The translations under genes were made by a program, and so were the position numbers. DNA of 64,000 bases from an uncultured bacterium. Lineage in GTDB: Bacteria; Lernaellota; Lernaellaia; Lernaellales; Lernaellaceae. The DNA lies in contig CAZHPN010000005.1 in the NCBI GenBank assembly GCA_964534375.1, positions 2,676 through 66,675 of the forward strand, given 5' to 3'. Numbering within the stretch: the stretch's first letter is position 1; each line of letters starts with the position of its first letter. The notes beneath the pieces are model-generated. The model had not been told where the DNA came from. It did not search any database and was given only the letters and a program-made list of their open reading frames with translations. Below are positions 63,479-64,000 of this stretch, piece after piece.

Positions 63479-64000
63479 CTATCGCACGCACCGCGCCTCG
63501 TAGACGACGTTTTGGTGGCTGTAGAAGACGACGCCATAGTCGAAACCGACGCTCCATGCCAGGTCGTCGAGATCCGCGACCGCCGAGGATGACCAATACC
63601 AGCCGATTCTGCCCGAAAGCTCGGGCGGCCAATACGCGCCGCCGGGCCCGGGGCCGCCATTGTTCGCGCACGCGCGACACGGGTCGTCGTTCCAGCAACT
63701 CTGTTTCCGGCACGAGTCCGTCACGCCGCAGGAACCGCCCTTCTGCGCCGGCGGGCAGCCGCGGGCCAGGCTGCGCAGTTCGGAAATCGTCGGCAATCTC
63801 CAGTCTTTGTGGCCGCCCAAAGACAGGCTCTTGCAGTGCGCCTTCGCCGCCGACCACGTCATTGCTCCGCCTGAGGGAACCACCTGCCACGTCAAGCCCG
63901 ATTGTGAATCCATCCAGATGCCGCCGGATGCGCGCGACGCCGTCTTTGGCGTTTGGTTTTCGCCGCCGTAGCAAAGCGCCAGGCCGACGCCAACGCATGT
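63479..64000 (-). CDS. DUF1566 (Lcl C-terminal domain) protein, 5' end beyond window
   Basis: GLTWQVVPSGGAMTWSAAKAHCKSLSLGGHKDWRLPTISELRSL is the DUF1566 signature. The ORF stays open to the window edge (...LALCYGGENQTPKT..., a possible lipobox). Confidence 0.65.
   Translation of the reverse strand, partial: TCVGVGLALCYGGENQTPKTASRASGGIWMDSQSGLTWQVVPSGGAMTWSAAKAHCKSLSLGGHKDWRLPTISELRSLARGCPPAQKGGSCGVTDSCRKQSCWNDDPCRACANNGGPGPGGAYWPPELSGRIGWYWSSSAVADLDDLAWSVGFDYGVVFYSHQNVVYEARCVR

Overview
High-GC (~65%) bacterial DNA, probably from an uncultured lineage: there are many lipoproteins and secreted proteins, and one prepilin-type protein. The centre of the window is a complete 41.7-kb Mu-like transposable prophage at 13131..54796. 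It is bounded by a 5-bp direct repeat ACAGA (13126..13130 and 54797..54801). The ends are inverted, TGTTAACGCGC... on the left and ...GCGCGTCAACA on the right, and they carry several subterminal GGTTTG(C/A)AAAAA repeats that look like transposase-binding sites. Gene order inside is Mu-like. Reading left to right: a leftward CI/LexA-type repressor; a rightward early operon (Ner-position regulator, DDE transposase, MuB-like ATPase, Gam-like, SSB-like, about seven tiny zinc-ribbon proteins, and a 101-nt tRNA-like element); a late region (lysis-like small membrane proteins, DUF3486/terminase, a portal fused to a Mu-F domain, protease/scaffold, major head, sheath, tube, tape measure, a DNA-circulation protein with LysM, and baseplate and fibre genes); and a right-end accessory block in the position Mu uses for mom (a secreted Cys-rich protein, a CHAP peptidase, a DcyD/ACC-deaminase-like PLP enzyme, an SPPY DNA methyltransferase, and a second PLP-like fragment). 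Left flank, 1..13130: a beta-lactamase-family lipoprotein (5' partial), an MDR oxidoreductase, a transglutaminase-TPR protein, an NmrA-like protein, a secreted protein with a long poly-Asp/Asn linker, an orphan pilin-like gene, a YkgJ Fe-S-type protein, an operon of a polytopic membrane protein plus a B12-binding radical SAM enzyme, and a degraded IS110 fragment abutting the phage insertion site. Right flank: a Wzx-like flippase, a membrane protein and a GH92 alpha-mannosidase lipoprotein, bracketed by a shared 18-mer inside palindromic TTGACA-containing elements; then a PI-PLC-like lipoprotein, a Sel1-repeat lipoprotein and a DUF1566 gene that runs off the window end. No rRNA or CRISPR was found. 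Poly-Asp/Asn codon repeats and short 7-nt tandem repeats recur in both host and phage DNA. Functional calls rest on motifs I could recognise by eye; no database searches were run.
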